From Penicillus capitatus (lineage: Eukaryota > Plantae > Chlorophyta), in NCBI GenBank assembly GCA_965649825.1, contig OZ287706.1:310001-374000 (forward strand): DNA of 64,000 nt. Direction: 5' to 3'. Positions 36,811 to 49,849 of the stretch are shown piece after piece; positions within the stretch are counted from its first letter, which is position 1; every line of letters starts with the position of its first letter. The notes beneath the pieces were generated by a model, which saw only the letters and a program-made list of their open reading frames with translations, made no database searches and was not told where the DNA came from. A program made the translations under genes and the position numbers.

Positions 36811-38370
36811 TTAGGCGATGAATATGTCTGGTTGTTCTGTGTCGAAATAGACCTGAAGAACATCGGATTCGACACAGTCTGGAGGATGCGAATGATGATG
36901 ATGTCCTTCCTCTCCTTCTTCCTCGCCCTCTTCATGTTCTAAGTGTTCACATGTTGGATCACCGCCGAAGACATAGACGACTCCATTCGCATAAGCACCA
37001 GCTGCTCTAAACACGGCAGACAGCAGAGGAGCTCGGGGAATCCATAGATCTCCAGACATGCTGTATTCCTCGACATGATGTGTAGCAACCTCTCTATGCA
37101 TGCCTATAAGAAACATACCATTCGAGAAATCAAGATGACCCCGGAGGATGTACCTCTATTATGTGTTTCGCCCCCGACGACGAGGAGACGTTCGCGTGGC
37201 AGGGCGATAGCAGTCTTGTGTCCACCGGCGTTAAGCATTGGAGCTCTTTTTTCCCAGGTATCAGTTTCCTGCAGAGTAAAACTCTCAGATGGATGTCTAC
37301 TCTAAGGGACCGTCGGCACGTACAGGTGAGTAGAATTCGACTTCGTTTCTAAACGCATCGTGCTTTCCTTCGCCTGTAGGGTCATAGTATCCTCCCACAA
37401 CGATCACGCCTTCACCCATTGCAGCTGCACTGCAATCGCCTCGGGGTGTTGGCATATCTTCCTTTTTCTCCCATTCCCCAGTCTCGATATTCAGCGCTTC
37501 CACTGTGTTCAGGGTCTCCTCTCCGTCCAGACTGTAACCACCGATGGCATAGACGTAACCATCCACATAGGCACCGCACAGATCCGAACGAGGAGACGAC
37601 ATCTCGGGGCCATCTCTCCATCTCCCAGAATCAACGTCCAGTATGTAAACGGCATCCCCGGCATCTCCATTTATGATATCCATGCCTCCGAAGACGTAGA
37701 TCTGTCGATTTTCGGCATCATAGGCAAAGCCAAATCTGTAGAGTGGAGTTGGCAGAGCTGGTCCCTCCTCGTAGATATCCATGACGGTGTCATAGATGTT
37801 TACGACGTCTACCACAGCTTGTGTGTCGTTTTGACCGCCAATGATGTAAATGAAATCATCGACAGCCACCGCCTAGGGCAAACACACTCCATTTTGAATG
37901 CCGATATCGGATGAGCATGGAACGCACAGCGATATCGCATTGGCCATAAGACAGAGACGCCTTTTCCGTCCAGTACCCAGTTCCGACCAGCAACGGCCGT
38001 GCTCCGGCCGAAGAGTCTGGTTTTGAAGTCAACGTCACCACATCCGCATCTGCCTGGATCGCCAAAGCCGGGTTGTCGCAACACTTTAGGGGTAAGAGAT
38101 AAGGAACACATTCCGCGTGGATGCACGATTCGTCGAAGGGATCGGACTCTTACTGGTCGGATCTCTGACGCCGCCGCCATCGTCGTCGTTGTCTTCGGTC
38201 ACTTCGACGGCAAGCCAAATGACCATGGCGACGCAGAAAACACTCAAGAGTAAGAGTACAGCCAACGCGCTGAGCAGATGTTTCTGTTGTCGTTTAAGTT
38301 TCATAACCTCCACATCCATCAGCCCCGAATCGCTTTTCTTGCTCTGCGTCTGGAGAGCCGAGCTGTCCAT
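36811..38370 (-). CDS. Membrane-anchored Kelch-repeat (beta-propeller) protein with a His/Glu-rich loop, multi-exon
   Basis: N-terminal TM helix LLSALAVLLLLSVFCVAMVIWLAV; Kelch repeats IYIIGG, IYVFGG, VYAIGG, VIVVGG, LLVVGG, VYVFGG with W-x-x-x-x-x-(M/L) motifs; insert CEHLEHEEGEEEGEEGHHHHSHPPDC. Confidence 0.88.
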
Positions 38371-41195
38371 TGTTAGTATGACGTTGAATGTCAGTCGAAA
38401 TCACAGTTCTCTTCGTTGCCTCGTCACGGAACCGAACAAAGAACAAGTGCAGGCAGCGCAATAATCCCGAGCCGGCTGAGACATCGCTAAATCGCATCGT
38501 CCTGAGTAGACGGATGTGACAAGCAAACCGACAGCGACAGGCCACCTCACGCAGACGTGTCCGCGCATGAACCAGTAGTGACGGCGGTCTTCAGAAGCCT
38601 CGTCTGGCAGCTTTTCAGGATGCCAAGACAATGGCTGTGCAATTAACCATTCATATCCTCTCAAAAAAGCCTTTTCCTGAACTCGATTCTCCGGACCTCA
38701 TGTTCATCCATCTTTCTGGAAGATCGAACTCAAAGGAGTGAGAAGTGTGATGTCCTCCGTTGAAAACTAGTACCTCGACAGATGAGATACGGACTGGCAC
38801 CTACCTCTATTCTTGTCTCTGAATCTGATCCATCTCGATCTCTGCACGAACTGATCTTCGTCCGTTTTGACTGGATCTCGATCATCTGAACGCGATTCTG
38901 ATTAAGGGATGAAGCCAGAATCGATCTACTTATACCTTAGGACGGCCTGACATCTGCTGCAAGGATTTCACCTTGGATGTCATTAATGTCCCAGATGCTG
39001 AGGGATGCAGCGATGGCCTCATCGTCATCTGCATCCACCTGATACGTTCCCGGTAGCTTTTTTCTCTGTAGACATGGCGTTTGCTATTCATGACAACAGG
39101 GTTTGTCAGACCAGACAGCACATGGATTTGTGCGATCCTGTAAGCGCATGTTTTCAAATACCCTCTGCTTCACTATCACACCTTATCTAATCCGCGGCCA
39201 CAATGATCTAGAAGAAGTAGCGTTGCTGCAGATTCTCCTATGCTGATCCTCTCCAGCGTTCTAACCGTACGCTTTCAATAGGCGATGGATCCTAAGACGC
39301 GTCTTGCAGAAGTAGAACAGACATAAAAAAACAAAGCCTGACACCCAAGTTGCCACTCTACCTGTCCAAACTGCAAGTAGTATCCACCACATACATCCGA
39401 CAAGGAATATTCGCAAAGGAACTCACGTCCTATCACGCCTGATCTGATTGACGTCGACGGCTTAGCGGACATCTCCTGACAACCTTGTTGGTGGCCCATC
39501 GCGCACGCCTTACGACTTCGCTGATGATTCCGAAGGCGCTGGCTACCACGAGGAGAGTATGAAGGCCTGTGCTCTTGTTGTAGAAGTCTCTTTCTGCTTT
39601 CTACTGCATCACTCTGTTTTCATAGACGCTTTAGCTTTCTGTCTACATCAAATGTTCACTGCGAATGGTTGATCAATCCGGAGATATTCGACTTACCCGA
39701 CATCGAAGAAGACTTCGGCGAGATCTGTTCTCAGATAGACCATGATTAGTCGTTCTGTACCCAGACATCGGCAACGCTCTCCGTTGACTGTGATCGCCAC
39801 CATCTCAACCTCAGTGACTGCCAGGAGAATTGGATCATTGGCAGTTGATGGATGAAAGAAAGCCAAAGCCAGAAGGAAGACAGGTCTATGCGCAAAGTCG
39901 ATCCCTGACACAAGATGTTCGCTGATGTCGAGAGACTTCGTGCATACATTTCCCTTTGGGAAGAATCAAAGGCACTAGAGTCACGTTCATGACGGCAGCG
40001 ATCGCATGGGACTGGCGGCCGAATGAAAGTGGCGTTTCCACTCGAATCGACGATGTTGCCGTCTTTTAAGCATCGCTTGAGTCGGGAGGAACGCTAACGA
40101 GCGAGCTAGGCGTCTACAGCAATCACACATGTGCTCAAAGACCAAAGGGAGGAAGCTACGTCATTGATGTTCCATCCATCCTTTCATCGATGCCTTCTTC
40201 AGACCATCAAAGTGTTTTTCTTTTGATAATTTCTGGACGTCACATCCGTCTGTAGCTCAACCGGTACGGCAGTTTGGTGCTGCCAACCTTCCACTTTGGA
40301 GGATTCAACAAACTGCACTGCCCGTCGAGGATCTTCGCGACACGGCGATTCCTGACGGCGATTATATTAACGGGCATTCCTTTGATGCTTAATGGACTGC
40401 CGAAGACCGAAACCCAGAGGAGCGGTGACCTGAGCACATGGAACGTCGGTTCCGTGCGAAGAGCTGCAGCGTGGGTCTTTTACCTTGACGCTTTCCGTGT
40501 AAGCATAACCTTCCATTACCTACCTACCGCAGAAACAAGAGCACGCTCCTTGTGCTGCAGCAACGCGAGGAAACCGCCGGAATCTGCCACGAGAATGGAG
40601 AACGGTCTGATGTCAGACACCGTCGGCAGGTGTCGTCGGCTCTGAAAGACACTGGCCCAGTCCAATTCCTTCGTTAAGATGACTGCCCATTCTCTCTTAC
40701 CGAGAAGCGATTTCAGAAGCACTAAGAAGGGAACCTGAGTGAGGTGCAACATGATCGTTGCATGCGTTGACACAATCGTCTGTTCTTTTTCATATGATTC
40801 GATGAACAAATCAAAGATTTTCGTTCACGGGTGGCATGGGATAGAGCCAAGCTATGGATGGAGAACGGTCGATTGCGGAAGAGATAAGCGTTCAGTACAT
40901 CTACTTGTGCGCGGAAGACGCAGACAAATTCCTGGCAATGATAGTTCTTAATGTTTGTTCGTTTTTTACGTTTTTATGATGAATGGTCGACACAACGCAT
41001 GACATAGAACAAAAAAGGCCTGAACAATGAATGCCAACATATACTCTAAGCATACAGGCAAGATGGAGAGAGGATGGTACGAACATGATTGCCTCTTATC
41101 CCTAGTATGCGCGATTCTCAATCATCGCATTACTGTTTCGAATGGCACGCCCACCAACCAACACAGATACGATAGAATTTATACATGCCTTGATC

Positions 41196-42180
41196 TCACC
41201 ACCAGCCAGTGAAGAAGTCAATCACCTCTTCTGCGACGTCAACGACATCTGCACAAAGGAAGTCCACTCAGCAAATGTACGATACTCAGGCATGCTTACC
41301 ATCGATAATGTTGGCCGCTGTTTTCCCGTGAACGGTGCTGACAGACAACGTATTCCCAGCGAATGAGACGGAAATCTTGTCATCGTCCTCCGAACTAGAG
41401 ACGGCCAGAGCCATAAGAGTCACTTTTTCATACTCAACCTCGAGCCCGAGTACGAGGTCTTCCGTAGAGACTAACTCGTTGTTGCAAATCTGATCTCGAG
41501 CAGACTCAAAAAGGCCAATAGTCGCATCTACAACGGCATCTATCGCCTGACTCGTGTCTGTGAATGCGATATGGTCTGAGGCTGCAGAGAGGACCTAGTC
41601 AACAGCTCGATGCATCCGATTGTCAGCTTCCAAAGAAGAGGGCGTACTTCGATGAGGTCTTTAGCAACGGCATCGGCTGCCTTGAAGGGAAAGATGGATC
41701 CCCGAAGGCACATCTTGAAACCCTTTCTCTTGGACGAAAACAAACTGGAAGCCACTTCAGTGAAGGACTCGGCTACGGTCTCTGCAAAGGTCGTCGCAAC
41801 GGATTCCGCAAGAGAAAAGGCGTCGTCGCCAAATTCTTCGATCTCTGCGATAGCATTCGTGATATCTGTTACCAGCATATCTGTCGCCTCCGCCACGGAG
41901 AAACGTTTTTTTCCAACTCCCGCCCCTGCAGAAACATTGCCCTTTTCGCACACGACAATGTCGACGTCTGTGCTGGCGCTCAGACCTTTTCCTTGGTTTT
42001 TGCCCTTCCCTCTGGACAGCAGCGACTTCCCAACAGTAGCCGGCGTCTCACTGACCTAAATGAACACTGTTTTTACAACAGACGATTGTTATACCGTTTC
42101 TCCGTTACGGAAGAGACATGTTGACAGCAGAACAGGAGGGTAAGGAGAAGAACGGATCCTCTACGCATCTTTGGTTCCAT
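41196..42180 (-). CDS. Secreted Ala/Ser-rich family, divergent paralogue B
   Basis: Signal peptide MEPKMRRGSVLLLTLLFCCQHVSS with an intron at its end; FAETVAESFTEV; LIE|VLSAA junction; two conserved Cys (KMCLRG, QICNNE); a last phase-1 intron gives the tail ...IDFFTGWW*. Confidence 0.7.
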
Positions 42181-42296
42181 CTCGGTATGGGAAGATTGCT
42201 CCGATGCGATACAAGTTCGTCGAAGTCTGAATAACGCAAACGTGTTACTCTTCCCGATGCGAGTGAAACAGACGAATGAATTTCCGTCTCGGTGCC

Positions 42297-42303
42297 TTTT
42301 ATA
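42297..42303 (-). promoter_or_regulatory. TATA box of paralogue B
   Basis: TATAAAA on the minus strand about 123 bp upstream of ATG 42180. Confidence 0.6.
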
Positions 42304-44575
42304 CTCTAGGGTCTGCGCCGCCAGACGAACTTTTCACAAAAGGTTACATGTCCACGAGTGTCTGACGTGTACTGAGGTCGTTACGTGGAATCTTCCCGTC
42401 AATTCGTCATCGCTGCCCCACTCCCTTTTCTCGCGATTTGATTGGAGCGTTTGCCAACGGCAACAGCGAAGCTGCCGATGGAGCTAGTCGCCAGGCTCTC
42501 GACTAGAGACAAACAGTGCTCCTGAGAAACTACCTATCGCAGAACTGTGTGAGAAACAATACGCGCGACTAGATTTTCACCGACCCACACACGACGGGAA
42601 GCTTCAGATGGACACGCAGCCAGCTGTCCACTTCATCTACGGAACAGCAGGTCAAAAGCACAGCGCGTTTAAACCTGTTGTTTAGCGGCTCCGGCGGCGC
42701 CTTCAGGTAAGTTTCCTCGAAGAGATTGTGGTTTCTTCTGCCACACGTGTGCGTATTAAACTCAGCGTGCGTCTGGCGAAGAGAAACCAGAAGCCGTTTT
42801 TGTCGTTTTGCATTCGAAAGCGAAACACTCGGCTCGAATGACGTATTCGCAGAAAGGATTTCTCTATCTACTGTCGATTTCGTACGGCGTGAGTTTTTGT
42901 CACAATCTTTCAACGAAGAGTGTATTGCTACCAGATTGGTCCTGTCAGTTAGCGTCATTCCTGTTGGCAGTCCATCAAGGAATGTTTGGGTTCGAACCTC
43001 AAGGCTTTGGTGGATAATGTTCTTTATCTCTTCGTGCAAGAGAATGTTGCGGGTCTTAATACTCGTAGCCAATGACCAAGATTTGTCGAAGTCGTCTCTC
43101 CAGGTCGGTTTAATCTAGAAAGGGTACATACCCAACGACCCAATAACAAAATCTTCTGTAGACTGAGTGTCGCCGGCAAAGCATTCAATACCTTCTGTAA
43201 CATGTTGTAAGCCTCTGCAGTTTATGAATAGACAATTCGTCTATCTGTCCATTGTTCTGTTGAAGTTCTTTCATTCTGTTGCGCTTGCGTTGTCCAGACG
43301 TGAAGAAATGAATTTGTCGAGATACCAGATGAATGCGTCCTCGTTTGACACTGCTTTTGGTAACCATTTCTGGTCCTCACGCGTCACAGCTTGGTAGCTT
43401 AGGATCTATGTTACATCCGATTGGTTTCTGATGTGCGATGAAGAATGCATAGCACGGCATCTTTAGCGTTTGCTCTTAGACCATCACGCCTTTTGAATCG
43501 TGTGCTCGGCTTTGACTCCGTTCGCGTCCTCGGACTGCTATGATAGATATTTGTATTATGACTCAGTCTGGATATCTCTTTTGATTCTTCTCGCTTCGAT
43601 GCTAAAGAGTAAGAGGAAATCGTTCGATTTAACCGCCGATGATACGATGGGCAACTGCTCTAAACATTCAACCAACACCCTAGTAAGTGATATGCCTATG
43701 CGAAGGCTCTTTTACCTCCACATTCTCTTTTCTTTGGTGTCGTTTGTTTCATCAGCCGCACAGAACAGAACGCGTTCGTCATTCACCCAAGCGCATGCGC
43801 AGGTTTTGGTCGCTCTTTCGGATTTTGAAATGATGCCGTCTCGTTCTCTTGAAAGAAGAGTTCAAGGGTATCGCTGATAAACGATAGATAGGGAATCAGG
43901 TTCTCGACGGAGACCGACGGCCGATTCGGCGTTTCGGTTTCCTCTTTCGAAAAATAATTCACCCACCTATGAGGGGCATCAAGCAACACGAGGCCGCGTT
44001 TTGGCTTCTGTCAAGTGTCGAATGCGGCACGTCAGACGTTGTTCTTCGTCTCCTGTCGATTTCGTTCTTTCGAGTATTGCATCGCGCGATATTTGCTGAA
44101 GGCGAGTGATGGGACATTAATACCGACCGTGTTTTACATAGACTTGCCAAGGCGTATGCTAAGTGAGTGAGTTCTCAACGAAGATAGGCGATAACAAAAC
44201 TATCAACACGATGCTCAACAGTTTACAAGATAAGAGATACCGAAAATATACAGATGTTATAAACAGCGTGGCAGTCCACGTCAGCTTCCCAAAAAACTGC
44301 AGAAAGGAACACAACGACATCCAAACCGTTTTTCGTTCAAAAAAGAGAAAAAGATAGCCGTTCCACGTTGCTAAGATGAATACACGCACCCGCTTTAGTT
44401 GCCCATCCCTTTACTCAAAGAAGGCACCATTCCGCTTTAGTTACCTATCCTTGTACCCAAAGAAAGCGTCATCGAGAGAATAACCCCCACCCCCACCGTT
44501 CGAATTCGAAGCACCGAAACGTGCTTCTTAGATTGTTTGGTGACTTGGTTGACCATAGTATCGTTCACAAGATAG

Positions 44576-45603
44576 CTAGCGTCTTTCACCATTGGCACCA
44601 CCTGTCGTATTCGCATTGGCTTCAGCTGTTCATGCAGACATGTCACGTGATTCGTGCATAAGGAGATTTGGTGCTCACCGATGCCGACGACATCCGTGGC
44701 GGTGCGTCCGTCGACGGTCTTCACGACGAGTCTATCTGCGTTGGCTTCTACGACAATCTCGGTTTCGTTGGCTCCGGGAGTGACAACAGCCAAGGCGAGA
44801 GCCGAGACTTTAGCAAATGCGACGCCGATGGCTTGAGACAGTTGTGAGGTGGCTGCTCTTGCTTGACCGACGCCATTCACACAGGCGCTCGACTTTGCAG
44901 CCGTGAACGCACGAACAGTCACGTCCTGAATGGCATCAATTGTGGCTTCTGAATCGACGAAGGAAATTTTGTTTGACGCTTCAGCCAAAACCTAACCATC
45001 CACAAAAGTCAAGAGCAAGAAAAGTGAGAAAGTAAGGTGAACGTTGACAAGGACTCGAGCGGATGCTGTGGCTGAAGAGTCTGCCTCGGCGAATGCTTGG
45101 CCACAAATGGTTGCGTCCTCGAATGTGGAGAGGATCTCCACGGAGGTTTCCGCGTAAGCCTCGGCAATCGCCACTGCAAAGGACGCCGCAGCAGCTTCTG
45201 CCAATGCTATGGCGTCGCCGTCACCGGATTCGACTTCTGCGACGGCATTCGCGATCGCAACTTTGAAGTCGCTCTCGGCTGTGGCCGTGGAAAACGATGT
45301 AGATCTGGATGTGACAGAGGCCTGGGAGGTTGACGCTGTAGCAGAGGCACCACCGGTAGAGTTCCCAGAGGAGCGGCTTCTCGTTATAGCAACAGCACCA
45401 CTTGCGGTAGAGCTGGCCGTGCTGCTCGCTTTAGTAGTGGCATTAATCCCTTGGTTTTGTCGTAGCTCTCTTGACGGCATGCCCCTCAACTCACGCACCT
45501 AGATATGCCATCTCATTCGGCAAGTGGCTGAAAGATTCCAACGCACCGCAGAGACATGGGCGCACAGCGCCAGACAGAGAACGCAGAGAAACTTCAGCTG
45601 CAT
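44576..45603 (-). CDS. Secreted Ala/Ser-rich family, paralogue C (4 exons, about 290 aa)
   Basis: MQLKFLCVLCLALCAHVSA|VRELRGMPSRELRQ...FAVAIAEAYAETSVEILST...TICGQA...VLVN|VLAEASN...SACVNGVGQARAATSQLSQAIGVAF. Confidence 0.88.
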
Positions 45604-45730
45604 GGTCGACGTGGGCTTCTGAAGTAAAACCGGAGGGAAGCGAGGGTTTTGCAAACGGAAATAGAAGATCAACAAGAAGCAACTTTGGCAGCACAAAAGA
45701 CGTTGAATGAAAATGCGTACTCCTGCCGGC

Positions 45731-45737
45731 TTTTATA
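45731..45737 (-). promoter_or_regulatory. TATA box of paralogue C
   Basis: TATAAAA on the minus strand about 134 bp upstream of ATG 45603. Confidence 0.6.
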
Positions 45738-47421
45738 GCGCAAACCCTCCTTCCCCTGACCGTGTCCGCTGGAAAGTTGCTCGAAACTGTAATATGCCCG
45801 AGTGTTGATATCGTGTGATGCCGCGGGATGCCACGTGTGGAAAACTGTACATGGTATCTACTCGTCGACTTGACAGTTGTGCATGGAAATGCATTTCCTA
45901 CCCCTATACCAAAATCTCTCAGCAGACACCTTCGAGTATGGACAGTGCAAGATAAAGAAGGGTATTGGTCACGCAGCGGACATCCTCCGAATGTTACGAA
46001 ACGGACACTCAAGTATAACTCTTGTACACACCACCACAAGGTTATGAGAGGACAGATGTGAAGTTGTCTCTGTGGACCGTACCATGCCATCGCGAACTTC
46101 GCGGTGTATTTCAAGAGCTCCGAAGAACACGGGTAAGAACGTCGAACCGTTCTTGTGGCCTTTTTACCTTAGGGTCTTGACGTCGGGGCGACCCTTGAAG
46201 TACTGCTCCGTGTGCATGCGTACGTACAGAGAGGCTTCGCGCCATTGGACAGTCGTGTGAAACGCAGAACTGCTGCCGCTTTGGAATCGACAATCGGACG
46301 ATGGGGATGTGCTTAGTTGATTCTCGGGTCCGGCGTGATATAACACAAAGAGACGGCGACACTGTACACAGCGATTTGATCGATTGAATAGCTTAGACTA
46401 GCGGGATGGTCTGACCACACATTCTCACTCTACTTCAGAAGTCCATCCAGTACTTCGCGGCTGCCTTGTGCAACACGGTGAGTGCTATAAAGAAAGTGAA
46501 AAGAACAAAAATGATCGCACCGTTTCACAACAGCCGAGGGTGGTTGAGTTTTAATTTGTGGTGAAATCTGTTTTACATGGCACATGCTGCGACAGAATTC
46601 AGCATCTGTTATGGTTTTCATAAGGATGCAAGGAGTTCGCATGTACTGATGAGCTGTCGGGGAGGTATCTCGCAACGTCCAAAAAGATCTGTCTTATCCT
46701 ACCTGCTTCGGCATTTTGCTAGCTTCATGTTTTTTCTGATAAATCAACTTCCATAGATCGATTCACAAATCAGAAATCGTCGGGCCTGAGGATTCTACCT
46801 GAACTAATGGGAATGGCAAGTATGGTCATCCAATGAGATGCGTGATATCTACAAGGCGTAGAGAGTTGCGTTTGCTCGACGCCATCAGGCAACACAGACC
46901 ATGTCACACTTTTGAAACACATCAAGTGCATCTCAGAAGTGTTGCTATATTTGTTTTGATATCATCTCTGAACTACGGATAAAAGCTTCTTCGTGACATG
47001 ATTGGACCTTTTGATTCGATGCGGTCTCTGTCAAACACGAACTAGGCGCGATTATTCAGAACTTAAAGGCGGAGATGATTTGTCACACATCCGATCGGCA
47101 CGCGATTTCTCCACAAGAACGACCTGCATTGCCGTCTGCGAAGACAAGAAGTTAGGGCGCCAGGCAAATGTACGCATTGTGGACACTCGTTTTTAGAACT
47201 CGGATAACACCGATGAAAAATGTAATTGTTATACAACTCGGCAAGATGTATTGGAGCCATGTGAAAGATATGGAGCTTTTGCTCGAATCCCTCGAGGCCC
47301 GTACGTACCAACAGTCAGTCACATCAACAATAGAGAAGAACGATCGATATCATGCATTCCGATGAGCGGAAGTTAGAGAAGGATAGATGTCATGCGATGA
47401 TGCAGTCTAGATAATGTTGTC

Positions 47422-48410
47422 TTAGCGATTGCCAGTGACAGAAAAGGTTGTGCCCGAATCCACTTGAACTAAAGCACACGACACCGTTAGCCTCACCCTC
47501 AAGAGAAACGAACAGATTACCGTCTCCACGGGATTGAACGGTGTCGACAGCCTGGATAGTCGTCACGAAAACTTGGTTGTTCACAGCGGTCACATCAATC
47601 TGAACAGTAGCTGAATCTGGGCTGGCACTGGCCACGGCGACTGCCGAGACTTCGGCCGATGCAGTGCCGACAATCTGTGCCAGTTGAGATACCATGACAT
47701 CCACTTGGCCGACACCATTGACGCAGGCATTGATGTTTGCAGAGGCGAATGCACTGACCATCACCGACTCGATAGCTTCGATGGCGTCAGATGCACTGAC
47801 GAATATCTGAGGGCTCGTTGCTTGAGCGAGAACCTGACATGTCACACATCGTTAAAGGCTGTCGATATGATGCGTGTCGATTTACTTCGATCAAAGCTGT
47901 GGCAGTCGCTTCTGCCGATGCCGCGGCGTCGACATTGGTTCTGGCACATGCCGTGGATCCAGGAGATGTTGATGCAATACTGACCGATGCCTTGACGAAT
48001 GCCGAAGCAACGGCCTCAGCAAAGGCACGCACTGCCACATCAACCATGACGCTTGTTTCGGTACCAGCTGCAGCTTCAGCTGTGGCCTCCACGATGGCAC
48101 TTTGAAACTGATTGCGAGCTTCGCTAACGGTGAATGCTCGAGCTGTGGCCGCAACTCGGATAGTGCCTGAAAAGGAACGTGTTCGTCAAAGGCGGCTTAA
48201 CAAAGGATGGGTGGTGGTGGGTGCACCCGTTGTAGTAGATGTGATGCTCGCCGAGGCACTCGTCTGCGACAAAGATCTCGAGGCAATGCCGCCGATATCG
48301 CGCACCTACACATACCCGTGTATCGAAGACTCCGTGCAACGAAGTACGCATACGGCTAGTGTTTGGGAGCAGAACAAGAGGAAGAACACGGAGAGTGTAG
48401 TCGACTGCAT
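47422..48410 (-). CDS. Secreted Ala/Ser-rich family, paralogue D (5 exons)
   Basis: MQSTTLSVFFLLFCSQTLA|VRDIGGIASRSLSQ...AFAEAVASAFVKASVSIASTSPGSTACART...TALIE|VLAQATSP...ANINACVNGVGQV. Confidence 0.88.
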
Positions 48411-48543
48411 TGTAGGTGAGCCTTTCGGTTTTAACGCGTTTGCACACGAAATACGAGGGAGTGACAACACGTCCAGACAAAGTATTCAAAGGACGTTGTA
48501 TTCGAACAAAGAGCGTTTATGTGACAACACAAAGAATGGCCCC

Positions 48544-48550
48544 TTTTAAA
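48544..48550 (-). promoter_or_regulatory. TATA-like box (TTTAAAA) of paralogue D
   Basis: Variant box about 140 bp upstream of ATG 48410, at the same relative position as in the other paralogues. Confidence 0.4.
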
Positions 48551-49540
48551 GGTCGCCCGGCCGCGCATTGTTGTCCCGTCAAGAAGCTGTACGAAGTCGC
48601 TTGACGGGTGAATCATATGAGAAAAATGCTCACGTCCGCTCATCAGTGAGAATAGCTGCATAGGCGGAAGGTGTCGTACAGCTGGACTTGGCAGCGAACG
48701 CTTGCGCTGAGTCTCCTCACGCATTTGGACACTTCTCGCAGACGAAACCCCGTCGGTAGGTCAGACTGAAACGTTCGGACGCTATGCGGATGTCACGGCG
48801 ACAAAAAGTGCTCGCTCAGAAATTACACCATGCGGACATAAAAACGCCGGCAAGGCAAAGCGTGTCATTGGGTTCTCTAATTTGGTAGTGTGTTAACAAG
48901 ACGCACCCGACGAAGTTATCTTCGGAGCAAAACGAAAACTGTGCCATGGGTTTACACAGACCCTCACGGCGAACAAACCAATTGACGTTTCGATGCAATC
49001 ATTACCCGATGAGCGAATGGCTTTCGTCTAATTTCAGTGTTACAATTCGAACGCTGTAAGTATGGAATCCAACAAGCGAACATCTCGTACAAACTTTTAA
49101 GCCGAAGGTTATTCCTTTATCAAACGAACAATGAGAAGTCGTGATGGATTGATACTGCAATCCTTCCAGTTCGTGCTTTAATTGTATTCGCATCCTCAGG
49201 ACACTAATCTGGGTTCCTCACTGATAAAATCTATCATTGCTTCAATAGCCACGATATGGTCGCTTTCATGTCTCACGCAATGAGTGGATAAGGGAACGCT
49301 GGGGCTTCGTATTAACAACTAACTGGGTTCCAGTCAGACATCCGAGTCCTAGTAAAATGCACAAACGGGAATTCTGCTTACAAACTCATGTTCTTATAAT
49401 GAGGCAATTACTGGTGTGTTCATGCATGCTTTCTTGGCGTGCTCATTGCCTTTACGTCGAAATAACGTAAGACAAATGCATGTACTATGACTAGAATGGC
49501 CGGTTAATCTTGTATCCCGGAGTTCATAAGTTCGCAAATT

Positions 49541-49710
49541 TTTCCTCCGGCGGATAACGTTTTACATTCTTAATGAGAGCATAACTGGATTTGCTTTCTG
49601 CTTATTGTTTTCGTCGCATTTCTCCGACTGATAACGTTTTACCTTCTAAATGGCACCATAACCGGATCTGCTTCGTCGTTCTCTTCTTTTGCTGCGTTGT
49701 ATCTCCGAAC
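49541..49710. repeat. Imperfect tandem repeat, about 2.1 units of 77-81 bp
   Basis: CTCCG..GATAACGTTTTAC.TTCT.AATG...CATAAC.GGAT.TGCTT recurs (GATAACG at 49553 and 49630; a third unit starts near 49702). Confidence 0.65.
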
Positions 49711-49849
49711 GGCTTAAAGCAGTTATGTAATCCTTCGCTTGCCGCATCTAGTGGAGACTTCTTGTAATGATGGACTTTTTTACCAGTCGTACATCGTAGA
49801 ACATAACTTCAAGTTTAAAGAAGATAATCTGTTCGCTATGGGTTGCAGG

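Noticed and set aside
42930-43010. Possible tRNA gene around GGGTTCGAACCTC
   Set aside because: B-box-like only; no convincing acceptor, D or anticodon stems, and it lies antisense within an open frame.
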